DNA from: Nemertoderma westbladi | Taxonomy: Eukaryota; Animalia; Xenacoelomorpha | Length of the DNA: 64,000 nucleotides | Assembly: GCA_032718475.1 (NCBI GenBank) | Contig: JAUCBJ010009006.1 | Span: 1-64,000 of the forward strand | Reading direction: 5' to 3' | Shown: positions 1 through 10,000 of the stretch, one piece after another | Numbering within the stretch: the first letter of the stretch is position 1 | Layout of the letters: every line of letters starts with the position of its first letter | Translations under genes and position numbers: made by a program | Notes under the pieces: model-generated | Told to the model about the DNA's origin: nothing | The model's database searches: none | Seen by the model: the letters and a program-made list of their open reading frames with translations, nothing else

Positions 1-85
1 CATCCTTCCTGATTATACAGCAGTACATACGTACTACTGTACTACGGCTGTCTGCATTGCTGCACCCTGCCCCCCTGATTAGTCA
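1..85 (+). repeat. 3' part of Gypsy 5' LTR
   Basis: Matches 4750-4834 except g46 vs a4795; ends in ...AGTCA directly before TGG. Confidence 0.92.
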
Positions 86-94
86 TGGCGCAGC
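86..94 (+). promoter_or_regulatory. Primer-binding site (TGGCGCAGC), probably tRNA-Ser
   Basis: TGG immediately after the LTR. The sequence is complementary to the GCUGCGCCA 3' end seen in metazoan tRNA-Ser isoacceptors (from recall, not searched). Confidence 0.7.
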
Positions 95-157
95 TTTAGG
101 TTCGACCTACCTACACCACCCAACTCACTCAACGCCAATCTGCCAACACTACTGAAG

Positions 158-3100
158 ATGTCGGACCACCGCGATCCGAGAAGCTTCATTCTTCGAGGTA
201 ATCCACTCCCGTTCGACATCGAAACCGAGCGCCTCACCTGGGCGTTATGGCGCGACGAATGGGAGGCCTTCCTCGTCACCTCCGGCCTGGAGAACCTCCA
301 CGAAGCCGACCCCGCCGCCCAACCCGACCCAGCTCTATCGGCAGTCCTCCTCCGCGCTACCCAGCGACAACGACGAGCCGCCCTCATGACCGCCTTTACG
401 CGCGCCACCAACGCCGTGGTCAAGGGACTCGCCCTCACTCCGGAGGAGAACTGTAACGCCACCACCGTCATCGATAGACTGGAAGTCCACATCGACGGCG
501 GGACGAACGTCCGCGTCCACCGCCAGGAACTCTCCCGTCGCCAAAGACTCCCCGAGGAAACCCCGGAGACGTTCCTCGTCCACCTCCGCGACCTCGCCAC
601 CAAGTGCCGGTTCGTCGCCCTCCCCACCGCGGAGGCGCACCTCAACGACCGGTTGCTCGACCAGTTCGTGGCGGGGTTCAACGACCGCGAGGTGACGGAG
701 CAACTCCTCCGCCTCGAGAACGGAGCGACCCTCTCCGACGCTCTCAGGCGGGCCCAATCCGTTTGGACGGCGCGGAAGGACGCCGCCTCCTTCAACACCG
801 CCACCCCCAAGGCCACCGCATCCCGCAGCGTGGCGACCCACCCTGCTCCGACGCCGGGAGGCCGGCGCACCCACAACCGCCGCAACCAACTGCAACCGCC
901 CACCCTCTGCCGCCAGTGCGGATACACGCCGCACCCGGCCGGAAAGACGTGCCCGGGAATAAAGGCAACGTGCCGCCACTGCGGCACGACTGGGCACTAC
1001 GACCGGATGTGCCCGACCAACTCCGGCGAACCGCGCGCCCACGCTGCCACCGGCCCCGCCGACGACTCATGCACCACGGCGAACCGCGCTGAGGTGTGGT
1101 CCATCCTGGCGGGCGCCGAACTGGAAGACGCCCCCATCGTCTCGGTTATGGAGTCCCTGGAGCCTCTGGAGACCGTCACCGTCGGGTTCCAGGTGACGAA
1201 GAACCCGAACTTCGGAATCGCAGCGGCCCAGTTCCTCCCCGACTCCGGAGCGAACATCACCGCGCTCCCGCTCCCCAACTTCCGCTCCTTCGGCGGGACG
1301 ACGGAGAACCTCCGGACCACCCAACCGCCCCCCAAAGCGCCGCGACTGGCCAACGGGTGCCGCTCCGGGTGGACAGTGATCGGGATCTTCACTGCAACCC
1401 TCCAATGCCCCGCCCTCCACACCGCCTGCACCACGGATGTGTGGGTCATCGACGGGCTTCAGCAGCCGCTACTGTCGAGGAAGGCCTGTTTCCTGCTGGC
1501 CATCCTCCAGAGCCCGATCCTCCGTGGCGGCCGCTACTCCGACGGCCCACCCCCGCCCCCCGGCCGCACCCCACGATCCTACCAGATGATCGCGCCCCCG
1601 CTATCGTCGCCCAGGGAGGAGGCAACCCCGCCACCCCCGGAACCACCCACGCCGCCATCCACGGTGCCAACCAACACCAACACCGCGGCTTGGGCGGCCC
1701 TACAACAGCGTTTCCCCCGCCCCCTATCGGGGAAATGCCGCGTAATGTCTGGGGGGGATATCACAATCAAACTCCACCCGGGCGCCCGGCCCACCAACTC
1801 CTACGCGAACCGCGCCGTCCCCATCAACCTCGAGGCCGCCTTCAACCGCGAGCTGGACGAGCAGGTCGCCATGGGAATCCTCGAGCCCGCCGCGGACGAG
1901 CGGAACCCCGGCGAGTGGCTCAGCCCCATGGTGGTCACCAAAAAGAAGGACGCCACCAAGGTGCGGATCACGGTAGACCTCCGGGAACTCAATAAGGCCA
2001 CCGTACGTCCCACCTACTACTCCGCCGCTCCCTTCCAGGTCGTCTCCCGGATCCCAACGTCCGCCCGCGTCTTCTCGGTGCTCGACGGCCTCAAGGGCTT
2101 CCACCAGGTCGGGTTGGACTCCTCCAGTCGCCGACTGACCACCTTTGTGACGCCACGAGGCCGGTTCCGCTACCGCCGGATGCCGATGGGTTGGCATGGT
2201 AGCTCTGATGTCTTCAATGCCCGGATGGATAAAGCCCTCCGAGGAATCCCAAACATCGGGAGGATCGTTGAAGACATCATTATCTACACCGACACGGCGG
2301 AGGAGCACTCCGAGGCGGTGGCCCGCGTCCTGGCCGCCTGCGACGCCTCGTCGATCTCCATAAACACGGCGAAGGTCCAGTTCAAACAGGCCGAGGTCCG
2401 GTTCGGCGGCTACCTGGTCTCCCACGGCCGCTACCGGATCGACCCGGCCCTCTCCGACGACCTCCGCTACTTCCCGGTCCCGACGAACCGCCGTCAGCTC
2501 CGCTCGTTCCTCGGACTCGCCCAGCAGCTCGGGAACTCGACGGCGGAGATAACCCGACTCGTCGACCCGCTCCGTTCGCTAAACTCGAACCTCAACTCCT
2601 GGGTCTGGCTCCCCCAACACCAGGCTGCGTTCGAGGCGACCCGGTCAACCCTGTCGAGTCCGCACTACCTGTCGGGGTTCCACCCGGACCGCCGAACCGA
2701 GCTGCTGACGGACGCCTCCCGACTGAACGGCCTCGGGTTTCTCCTCCGCCAGTGGGACTCCGACGCCAACCGTTGGCGCACCGTCCAGTGCGGCTCGCGC
2801 ACCCTGGCCACACACGAGGCCAACTGGTCGGGGATGGCGGAACTGGAGGCCCTCGGCGCTGCGTGGGCGGCCCACAAGTGCCGCTACTTCCTCGACGGGC
2901 TCCGCCACTTCGAGCTCGTCACTGATAGCAGCCCCCTGATCCCCATCCTGAACGACCGCCGGTTGGACCAGGTCAGCAACGATCGGCTGCTGAAGTTAAA
3001 GACGTTGATGTCGCGCTTTAACTTCACCGCCCGCCACCAACGCGGCAGTAAACACGTAATCGCCGACGCCTTCTCCCGCGCCCCCAGGAACTCCCCAACC

Positions 3101-4573
3101 TCCGACGACATCCTCCTCACCCCGGAAGACGACGCCGACCGGGAGTTTATCGTCTCCGCGGCCGTCGCCGCGTCCGCCGCCACCCCGTCGGTCGAATCTC
3201 GGGACGCGCGGCTCGACCAGATCCGGGAGGCCGGGCAGCGCGACCCCGTGTACCGCGCGCTCCTCGCCACCATCCGGGACGGCTGGCCGACGTCCAAACA
3301 CAACGTCACCGACGACCAGCTGCGGCCCTACTTCCAGTTCCGCTCGGAGCTGATGGTGCACGATGGCGTCATTCTCCGCGGGCCCCAGCTCTATATCCCC
3401 GTCGAACTCCGTCCCGAGACGCTCCGGCTACTCCACGCCGCCCACCAGGGACTCACTAAAACTCGGGAGAGGGCGTGTCGCTCCGTCTGGTGGCCCTCCA
3501 TACCCAACGACATCAAACAGACGGTCGAGCGCTGCCAACCCTGTCAGGCAGCCCTCCCATCGCACCCACCCGAGCCACTCCAACGGAACCCGGACGCCAC
3601 CCGCCCGTTCCAAAGAGTACACACCGACATATTTGTCCTAGACGGCACCAACTACCTCGTTGTGACCGACGAATTCACCGGCTGGCCCACCCTTTACAAA
3701 CTCGGCCAGAACTCAACCTCCCCAGTAATAATCGACTGCCTCCGCCGCCTCTTCTTGGCCACTGCGGTACCGACCGTTATCCGTCCAGACAACGGGCCCC
3801 AGCTGGTGTCCGATGCCGTCCGGTCATTCCTGTCCGACTGGGGTGTCCGACTGGAGCCCTCTACGCCCTACCTACCGCGCACCAACGGCCGCGCCGAAGC
3901 GGCCGTCAAAGCACTAAAGAAGTTGGTCCGCGGGGCGCGCCACAACTCCGACGAGATCGCGAAGGGCATCCTCGCCTTCTGCAACACCTCGCGTTACGGC
4001 GGCCGCTCCCCGGCGGAACTTTTATACGGCCGCAACGTCAGGGAGGCCCTACCCGTCCACTTCACCGCGTTTGATCCCAAGTGGCAAAAGACCTTCACAG
4101 AGCTCGACGCCACATCCGCGACCAATCAGAACCAGCTCGCGGCAAATTACGACCGCCACGCCCGCAGCCTTAAGGCTATGCCGGTTGGGACACCAGTCCT
4201 CATCCAGGACCCGACAACCAAACGTTGGACTGGCCAGGGAACCATCGCTGAGGGCCTCCCCAACCACGACTACCTGGTCCGACAGACCAGTGGCCGCGTA
4301 CTCCGCCTTAACCGCGTTCTACTCCGGCAGCGCCACTTCACTACGGGGTGCGCCACCCCGACCCCACCACAGGGCGACCCCCCTCAACCAGAGACACCGA
4401 GGCAGCCAGTGGCACCTCCGACACCGGCCCTACCACAGCCAACGTGGGCTGAAATGGCCGCCAGGCCACAGCCAGCCCCACAACCGGTTACCCCTCCGAT
4501 CCAGACTAGGTCGGGGAGAATAATAAAACCGCCCTTACGTTACTCGAACAGCAAGTATAACAAACTAGAGTAA
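158..4573 (+). CDS. Gag-Pol polyprotein (1471 aa) of Ty3/Gypsy element
   Basis: Two CCHC knuckles (CRQCGYTPHPAGKTC, CRHCGTTGHYDRMC); protease FLPDSGA; RT (VRITVDLRELN, LDGLKGFHQV, RMPMG, IVEDIII); RNase H (LTDAS, ELEALGAAWA, VTD); integrase HAAH..CQPC and D,D,E (HTDIF, PDNGPQL, NGRAEAAVK). No internal stops. Confidence 0.95.
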   Translation: MSDHRDPRSFILRGNPLPFDIETERLTWALWRDEWEAFLVTSGLENLHEADPAAQPDPALSAVLLRATQRQRRAALMTAFTRATNAVVKGLALTPEENCNATTVIDRLEVHIDGGTNVRVHRQELSRRQRLPEETPETFLVHLRDLATKCRFVALPTAEAHLNDRLLDQFVAGFNDREVTEQLLRLENGATLSDALRRAQSVWTARKDAASFNTATPKATASRSVATHPAPTPGGRRTHNRRNQLQPPTLCRQCGYTPHPAGKTCPGIKATCRHCGTTGHYDRMCPTNSGEPRAHAATGPADDSCTTANRAEVWSILAGAELEDAPIVSVMESLEPLETVTVGFQVTKNPNFGIAAAQFLPDSGANITALPLPNFRSFGGTTENLRTTQPPPKAPRLANGCRSGWTVIGIFTATLQCPALHTACTTDVWVIDGLQQPLLSRKACFLLAILQSPILRGGRYSDGPPPPPGRTPRSYQMIAPPLSSPREEATPPPPEPPTPPSTVPTNTNTAAWAALQQRFPRPLSGKCRVMSGGDITIKLHPGARPTNSYANRAVPINLEAAFNRELDEQVAMGILEPAADERNPGEWLSPMVVTKKKDATKVRITVDLRELNKATVRPTYYSAAPFQVVSRIPTSARVFSVLDGLKGFHQVGLDSSSRRLTTFVTPRGRFRYRRMPMGWHGSSDVFNARMDKALRGIPNIGRIVEDIIIYTDTAEEHSEAVARVLAACDASSISINTAKVQFKQAEVRFGGYLVSHGRYRIDPALSDDLRYFPVPTNRRQLRSFLGLAQQLGNSTAEITRLVDPLRSLNSNLNSWVWLPQHQAAFEATRSTLSSPHYLSGFHPDRRTELLTDASRLNGLGFLLRQWDSDANRWRTVQCGSRTLATHEANWSGMAELEALGAAWAAHKCRYFLDGLRHFELVTDSSPLIPILNDRRLDQVSNDRLLKLKTLMSRFNFTARHQRGSKHVIADAFSRAPRNSPTSDDILLTPEDDADREFIVSAAVAASAATPSVESRDARLDQIREAGQRDPVYRALLATIRDGWPTSKHNVTDDQLRPYFQFRSELMVHDGVILRGPQLYIPVELRPETLRLLHAAHQGLTKTRERACRSVWWPSIPNDIKQTVERCQPCQAALPSHPPEPLQRNPDATRPFQRVHTDIFVLDGTNYLVVTDEFTGWPTLYKLGQNSTSPVIIDCLRRLFLATAVPTVIRPDNGPQLVSDAVRSFLSDWGVRLEPSTPYLPRTNGRAEAAVKALKKLVRGARHNSDEIAKGILAFCNTSRYGGRSPAELLYGRNVREALPVHFTAFDPKWQKTFTELDATSATNQNQLAANYDRHARSLKAMPVGTPVLIQDPTTKRWTGQGTIAEGLPNHDYLVRQTSGRVLRLNRVLLRQRHFTTGCATPTPPQGDPPQPETPRQPVAPPTPALPQPTWAEMAARPQPAPQPVTPPIQTRSGRIIKPPLRYSNSKYNKLE

Positions 4574-4647
4574 CCCGTAACTCCGCAATAAATTGTTTAG
4601 GCTATAAACTATTTGTTTTGAGGCGCTACGCCAACCCCACCCCACCT

Positions 4648-4656
4648 AAAGAGGGG
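4648..4656 (+). promoter_or_regulatory. Polypurine tract of Gypsy element
   Basis: AAAGAGGGG, 2 nt upstream of the TG that starts the 3' LTR. Confidence 0.8.
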
Positions 4657-4658
4657 TA

Positions 4659-4834
4659 TGTGTAGTATCACCATAAGCCCTACGCCTATGGCCCGCTAGA
4701 TGGCGTAGCTTATCTTATTATTATTATATTATGTTTTATGATATCGGTACATCCTTCCTGATTATACAGCAGTACATACGTACTACTGTACTACAGCTGT
4801 CTGCATTGCTGCACCCTGCCCCCCTGATTAGTCA
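4659..4834 (+). repeat. Gypsy 3' LTR (~176 bp)
   Basis: TG...CA termini after the PPT; 3' half matches 1-85. Start could alternatively be 4661. Confidence 0.85.
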
Positions 4835-5790
4835 ACAACGAGCAACAATGACAGAATGAGCAACAGCTAGAAACAACGAACAACAATGAGCAATAATGAG
4901 GAACAACGACTGAACGAGCAACGACGAGCAACAACAAGTAACATTGAGAAACACCGAGCAACAATGAGTAATAATAAAGTACAACAACGAGCAACAATGA
5001 GGAACAACGAGCAACAATGAGGAACAACAAGCAACAATGAGGAACAACGACTGAACGAGCAATAATAAAGTACAACAACGAGCAACAACGAGTGACAATG
5101 ACTGAATGAGTAATAATGAGCAACAATGAGCAACAACGAGAAACAGCGAACAACAATGAGGAACAACGACTGAACGAGCAACATTGAGAAACAACGAGCA
5201 ACAATGAGCAATAATAAAGTACAACAACGAGAAACAACGACCAATACCTAGGACATGAGGAACAACGAGTAACAATGAGCAACAATGACAATGAGTAACA
5301 ACGAGTAACATTGAGCAATAATAAAGTATAACAACGAGTAACATTGAGCAACAACAAGCAACAATGAGAAACACTGAGCAACAATGAGCAATAATAAAGA
5401 ACAACAGCGAGCAACAATGAGCAACAACGAGAAACAACGAGCAATAATGAACAACAACGACTGAACGAGCAACAACGAGTTATATTGAGCAACAACGAGA
5501 TATATTGAGCAACAATGAGCAATAATAAAGTAGAACAACGAGCAACAATGAGCAACAATGACTGAACGAGCAACAATGAGCAATAATAAAGTACAACAAC
5601 GAGAAACAACGAGCAACAATGAGGAACAACGATTGAACGAGCAATAATAAAGTACAACAACGAGCAACAATGAGTAACAATGAGCAATAATGAGCAACAA
5701 CGAGCAATAATAGAGTACAACGAGCAATAATAAAGTACAACTAACGAGCACCAACAAGCAACAAGCAACAATGACCAACAATGAGCAACA
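4835..5790. repeat. Low-complexity CAA/GAG/AAT cryptic tandem repeat
   Basis: Shuffled 10-nt words GAGCAACAAT/GAGCAACAAC with recurring AATAATAAAGTACAACAAC and GACTGAAC landmarks; strong strand asymmetry. Confidence 0.9.
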
Positions 5791-6558
5791 AACTGCGTCG
5801 AAATGGATTGAATCTGGGGGAGAGCCACATTCAAGTGAGTGAAGCCTTAGCATATGGGTACTATTAATGAGTTGTCTGTCGTCGTTGTAAATTTTTTATC
5901 GCTAATAACTCAGTTGTGTTGAACGACCTCTGACTAACGAAAGACAACATGTTAATGGGGTGGGGCCCCTATCAGCTAGGGCTAGCTAAGGCTTTGCTCA
6001 CTTCATGCTGCGCAAAGGTCCCACGAACATGTCCCACTCCTGCCTGAGCCAGTTGAGCCAAAACGTCATCCAGTCATCATCTTTAACCTTATAACGTCTA
6101 TCAGCTGCCCAACCGAACCATCTTTTTGCCTATTGACATGACATTGACATTGGTTTTTCACTTTTTTCACACCTTTCAAGTACAACATTGTGGACAATCC
6201 ATCTAAGTGGGGCGTAACGCGGAGCAGAAGAGGAAATGCAGGACACAAGTTAGTTTTACGAAACTGTGAGGCGATGTCCAGTTACTTGAGTCATGTTTCA
6301 TCGAAATACGTGACAATGTATGTGCGCTCAGATGGGCGATGGGCTATTCTTTTGAATATCAATGGGCATGATGGGCTATTCTATGCTACCGTGTGAGGTA
6401 AGAATGCCAGTGCTAGCAACTTCATTATGATACGATATTCTATAGAGGATTTATAGAGTGCAGTGCAGCCATCAACCATTGTCCTTATCCTTAACCCAAC
6501 AATTAGCAATATACAGACTGGCATAAATCAAAGAATTATGGAAGAAGTGTAACACATA

Positions 6559-7001
6559 CTGTAAGGAATAAGGAATATTTATTTTATTTAAGGAATGTGC
6601 AGATTTTGGAATACAATTGTATTCCTAAATAAGAAACCCAGGTCAAAAAGTTCTTATTTAGGGACTTTTAGTATTTATGTGTACAATTTCGATATCTTAA
6701 ATAAGGTAAATTTAAAAAATCCCCCTTATTTAGGAACTAGTCGTATTTTTGATGCAATTTTAAAACGCTTGTAGAAAAAAAACCGGACAGTGAAATGTTT
6801 TCTGGTTTTTTGCTTTATGTTTAATAAAGACCCAACTTTTACATTGTGAAATAAAATTATGCGGTATTTTTTCCTGAAACAAGTTATTGCATATTATATC
6901 GAAAAAATATCCAAAAAAGGCCCAAAAACCCCTAAATAAGAGCCATTTTCCTTAAATAAGAACCCACTTTTGGAGCTTATTTAAGGGTATGTTCCCTACT
7001 G
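6559..7001. mobile_element. Putative non-autonomous DNA-transposon (hAT/MITE-like) remnant
   Basis: Right end TTCCCTACTG (reverse complement CAGTAGGGAA) imperfectly matches left CTGTAAGGAA. About 7 copies of (C/T)TAAATAAG in both orientations resemble subterminal binding sites. No convincing TSD. Confidence 0.4.
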
Positions 7002-7016
7002 CTATATTAATGTATT

Positions 7017-10000
7017 ATGGACCCTAATTTAACTATACTTAGTGACAACGATTTGGACCAGACAAAAATACCTACTACCGGTAGTGGCATTGATAGTGGC
7101 CCTGATGAAACTTATATTACAGGACCTGACTCTCCAACCACTAGTACTATCACTGGGGTACCGGTACCAGTAACAGTATCGGTAGGCTTAACAGTACCAA
7201 TAACTGATCCCGTGATTATTACCTCATTGCCCACTGTAGTTAGATCTAAGACTTACACTACCGGTAATACAGTTCTGACAAATAGGCCTATTCCAGTGAC
7301 AGCTTCAGCAGTACCTATTCCAAACACTGTTGCTGCAACCACCCCTAGTGCCACCGCTGCAGGGCCAAGTAATTATATTCCAGTTTATAACCCACATAAT
7401 TTAACCCAATTTCAACGCCCAGCACTTACCCAGTACTTCGATTTTAGAAGTTTAACCTGGGAGCATTTGTATGAACAAAATGTACCTAAGGATTACTCAA
7501 ATTGGGTTAAGTTTGGAAGAACTATTCGTGGTTATGTGCAAGGGTTTGTCAACCATTGTACTAAGTTGAAGAGTAAGTGTAAACGTGAAGTACCGGTATT
7601 ATCTTTAATAGAGTATAAAAAATTAGATTTGGAACTGAAGGAGAAACTATATAGAATTAAAGTAATATTGTCTGCCTTTCATGAAGCAGCCATACGTGGT
7701 GAATCACAATCAGCTCTGGACTCAATAGATAGCTTAATGTCCAAGACAGTGGATATTGCAGAGACAGCAATACTATTAACAGAGGGATTGGTTAGAGAAG
7801 CCGTAAAAGGTGATCTTCGTGCACAAGGAATTCTTCCTGAAGAGACGGAGTGTGAAACTGATATTGAAATAGTAGGTGATGAAGGTGAAGAAGGTGATGA
7901 TACAATTAATAAGTTCTTGTCTCCCCTCTTTATTTTCATGGTGAAGCTTATGTGAGAGACAGGTTAAAGGGATTGAATGCACGCAGTAAAGAATCAGACA
8001 ATATTGTGCAAGAATTATTTAAGCAGATGGAAGAAGGTGACAGGCAATGTGAACAAGAAGCATTAGATGCACTAAACAAAACATTAGAGATAGAGTTAGC
8101 CATTTCTGATCTGGATGCTAAGCATGAAGCAGATCGTGTTCATCGGGAAGCAGAACGAGCTAAGCGAGAAGTAGAATGTGAAATAGATAAAGCCAACCAA
8201 GAAGTTGAATTTGTGGCGGCTAAAAGTCGGCTTGAAATTCGTCAACAGCAGGAAAAAACAAGACAAAAATTGATAGATGAAATGCGTTCTGCAAATAAAT
8301 ATAAGTCTGTAAGTATACCTATAAGAGCAATACTCCAGAAGGTAGCAGAAGGTCTAGTTTTTATACCTCAGATGAGAGTAATTGTGAGGGCACCAATAGT
8401 GGTGGTAGTGCAAAGAGGCATCGTAAGGCTAAGGATTCACGCCATAGAGCACCATTAAAAATTCTCCCTGATTGTCCACTCCAAATGAATCCTCATATCA
8501 GCCGTGCTTCCAGTTTTATACATTCAGCCGAAAATATGGTTATCAGCTCTCCTGTTATACAGTCACCCACTGTTTCTACAACTTACTCCTTGGCTGCATG
8601 TCAGCCATCAAAGATTATTCCAAACCATCTTAGTCCTATTCCAACTACTAGTGCTTCTATTCAACAAAAAATAGTTGATCTACAACCTGCTACTGCGCCA
8701 TTTGTTACAACAATGCAACAAGAGGAAACAATTCATCTTTCCAGCACCACAATGCCTTCTCGTATACCTCGGGTCTCCTTTGGAGGAGTATCTCCTGTGC
8801 CCCTCAACCCGGAGGTAGCTCCATTTGCTCCAAGGAGTTTTCAAACACCAGTGACCGATAATGTTACATTGTCTGAGAATGATAAACTCTCTGTTGAAAA
8901 GGATAAAATCATACACATTCTGCAAGAATCTAACCGCGAAGCACAGAAACTGGATCGTCTACGGGAAGAAACCCATTCACTAGCAGGTAAACATCGTTTA
9001 CAATTGGAGCAGTTAGAACAACACAGAGTCCAATTGGAGGAGTTGCAACAGGAAATGGTTATCCGCCAAGATTATTTAGCAACTACTCAGCCTCTTGTAT
9101 CTAGGTCACAAGCAGTACATGGTGCAGCAGCCATTCGTAATGCCTCAAAAATAAATAATATTTATCAAGAAGCAGAATGTTCTTCCTTACCAGATGTTAA
9201 TAGTAATGGCGCGCATAATTACCCTTCCCAAATTTTACGACATCCTCCTTCGAATGATACCATTAATGAGACTTCTGAGTTGAATTCTATACTCGCTTCG
9301 CAGAGTTTTTCGAGACAACTTGTGAGGACAGATGCTAGACAAGCACTTATGATGGGAACTATTACCAAATTCAATGGCCAACTTTTAGAATGGATACCTT
9401 TTCTTGACCACTATGAAACTTCTATTAAGGACAGTCTTCTTCCAGCCAATGAAAGGTTGAAGCTTCTTATAGATAGCTTGGATGGTGAGCCAAAGAAATT
9501 AGCAGAAGGGTTTAGGGGTATGCCATAATGGTATAGATAATGCATGGGACATTCTAAAGAGAAGATATGGTAATGAAACAACTTTGGCATCGAGGATTTT
9601 TGATAAGTTGACAGTTCATCGAAAGGTTACAACAGATAATTTAATTGCATATGCTGATGAACTGAGAACCATATGTCGCCAGTTGGATTGGTTGAAGAAA
9701 TCTGATAGCTATAATAATCCAATGGTTGTGAGAATGGTTTCAGCGGCACTGCCCACAGGAGGTATAGGTTATCATTGTGACAAAATTGTACTTTATACAC
9801 GTGATAAACATAGACGTGAACCAGTGATGGAGGAATTTCTCGAATTTCTTCAGAAGGAAACTGACTTAACCTTTATTAAGAGAGAGCGTGAACGGTCTTC
9901 AGACAAACATTCAATGGGAAAGGATAAGGTTGCTGACAGACATTCTGTAGGGAAGGATAGAGATAAGAGACGATCTCACAATATTATGCAATTAAATGAT

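Larger units (their letters stand above)
1..4834 (+). mobile_element. Ty3/Gypsy LTR retrotransposon, Mag-like, apparently intact (5' LTR cut by window edge)
   Basis: Positions 1-85 repeat at 4750-4834 (one mismatch). PBS follows the 5' LTR and a PPT precedes the 3' LTR. Single gag-pol ORF with PR-RT-RH-IN domain order. Confidence 0.95.

Noticed and set aside
79-4523. Many overlapping alternative-frame and antisense ORFs within the Gypsy element
   Set aside because: Expected by-product of high GC content (few stop codons); no recognisable motifs.
4791-5853. Cys/Leu/Val-rich membrane-protein-like ORFs on the minus strand
   Set aside because: They are translations of the low-complexity CAA tract, open in all three frames with the same composition.
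5800-6550. Possible host exon or further TE fragment
   Set aside because: Only short, motif-less ORFs and no termini that I could identify; left unannotated.
7920-9584. Programmed ribosomal frameshifts in BEL element 1
   Set aside because: Three shifts fall inside gag, lack clear slippery heptamers, and the homologous region of element 2 is in one frame. BEL/Pao normally has a single ORF, so these are mutations or sequencing errors.
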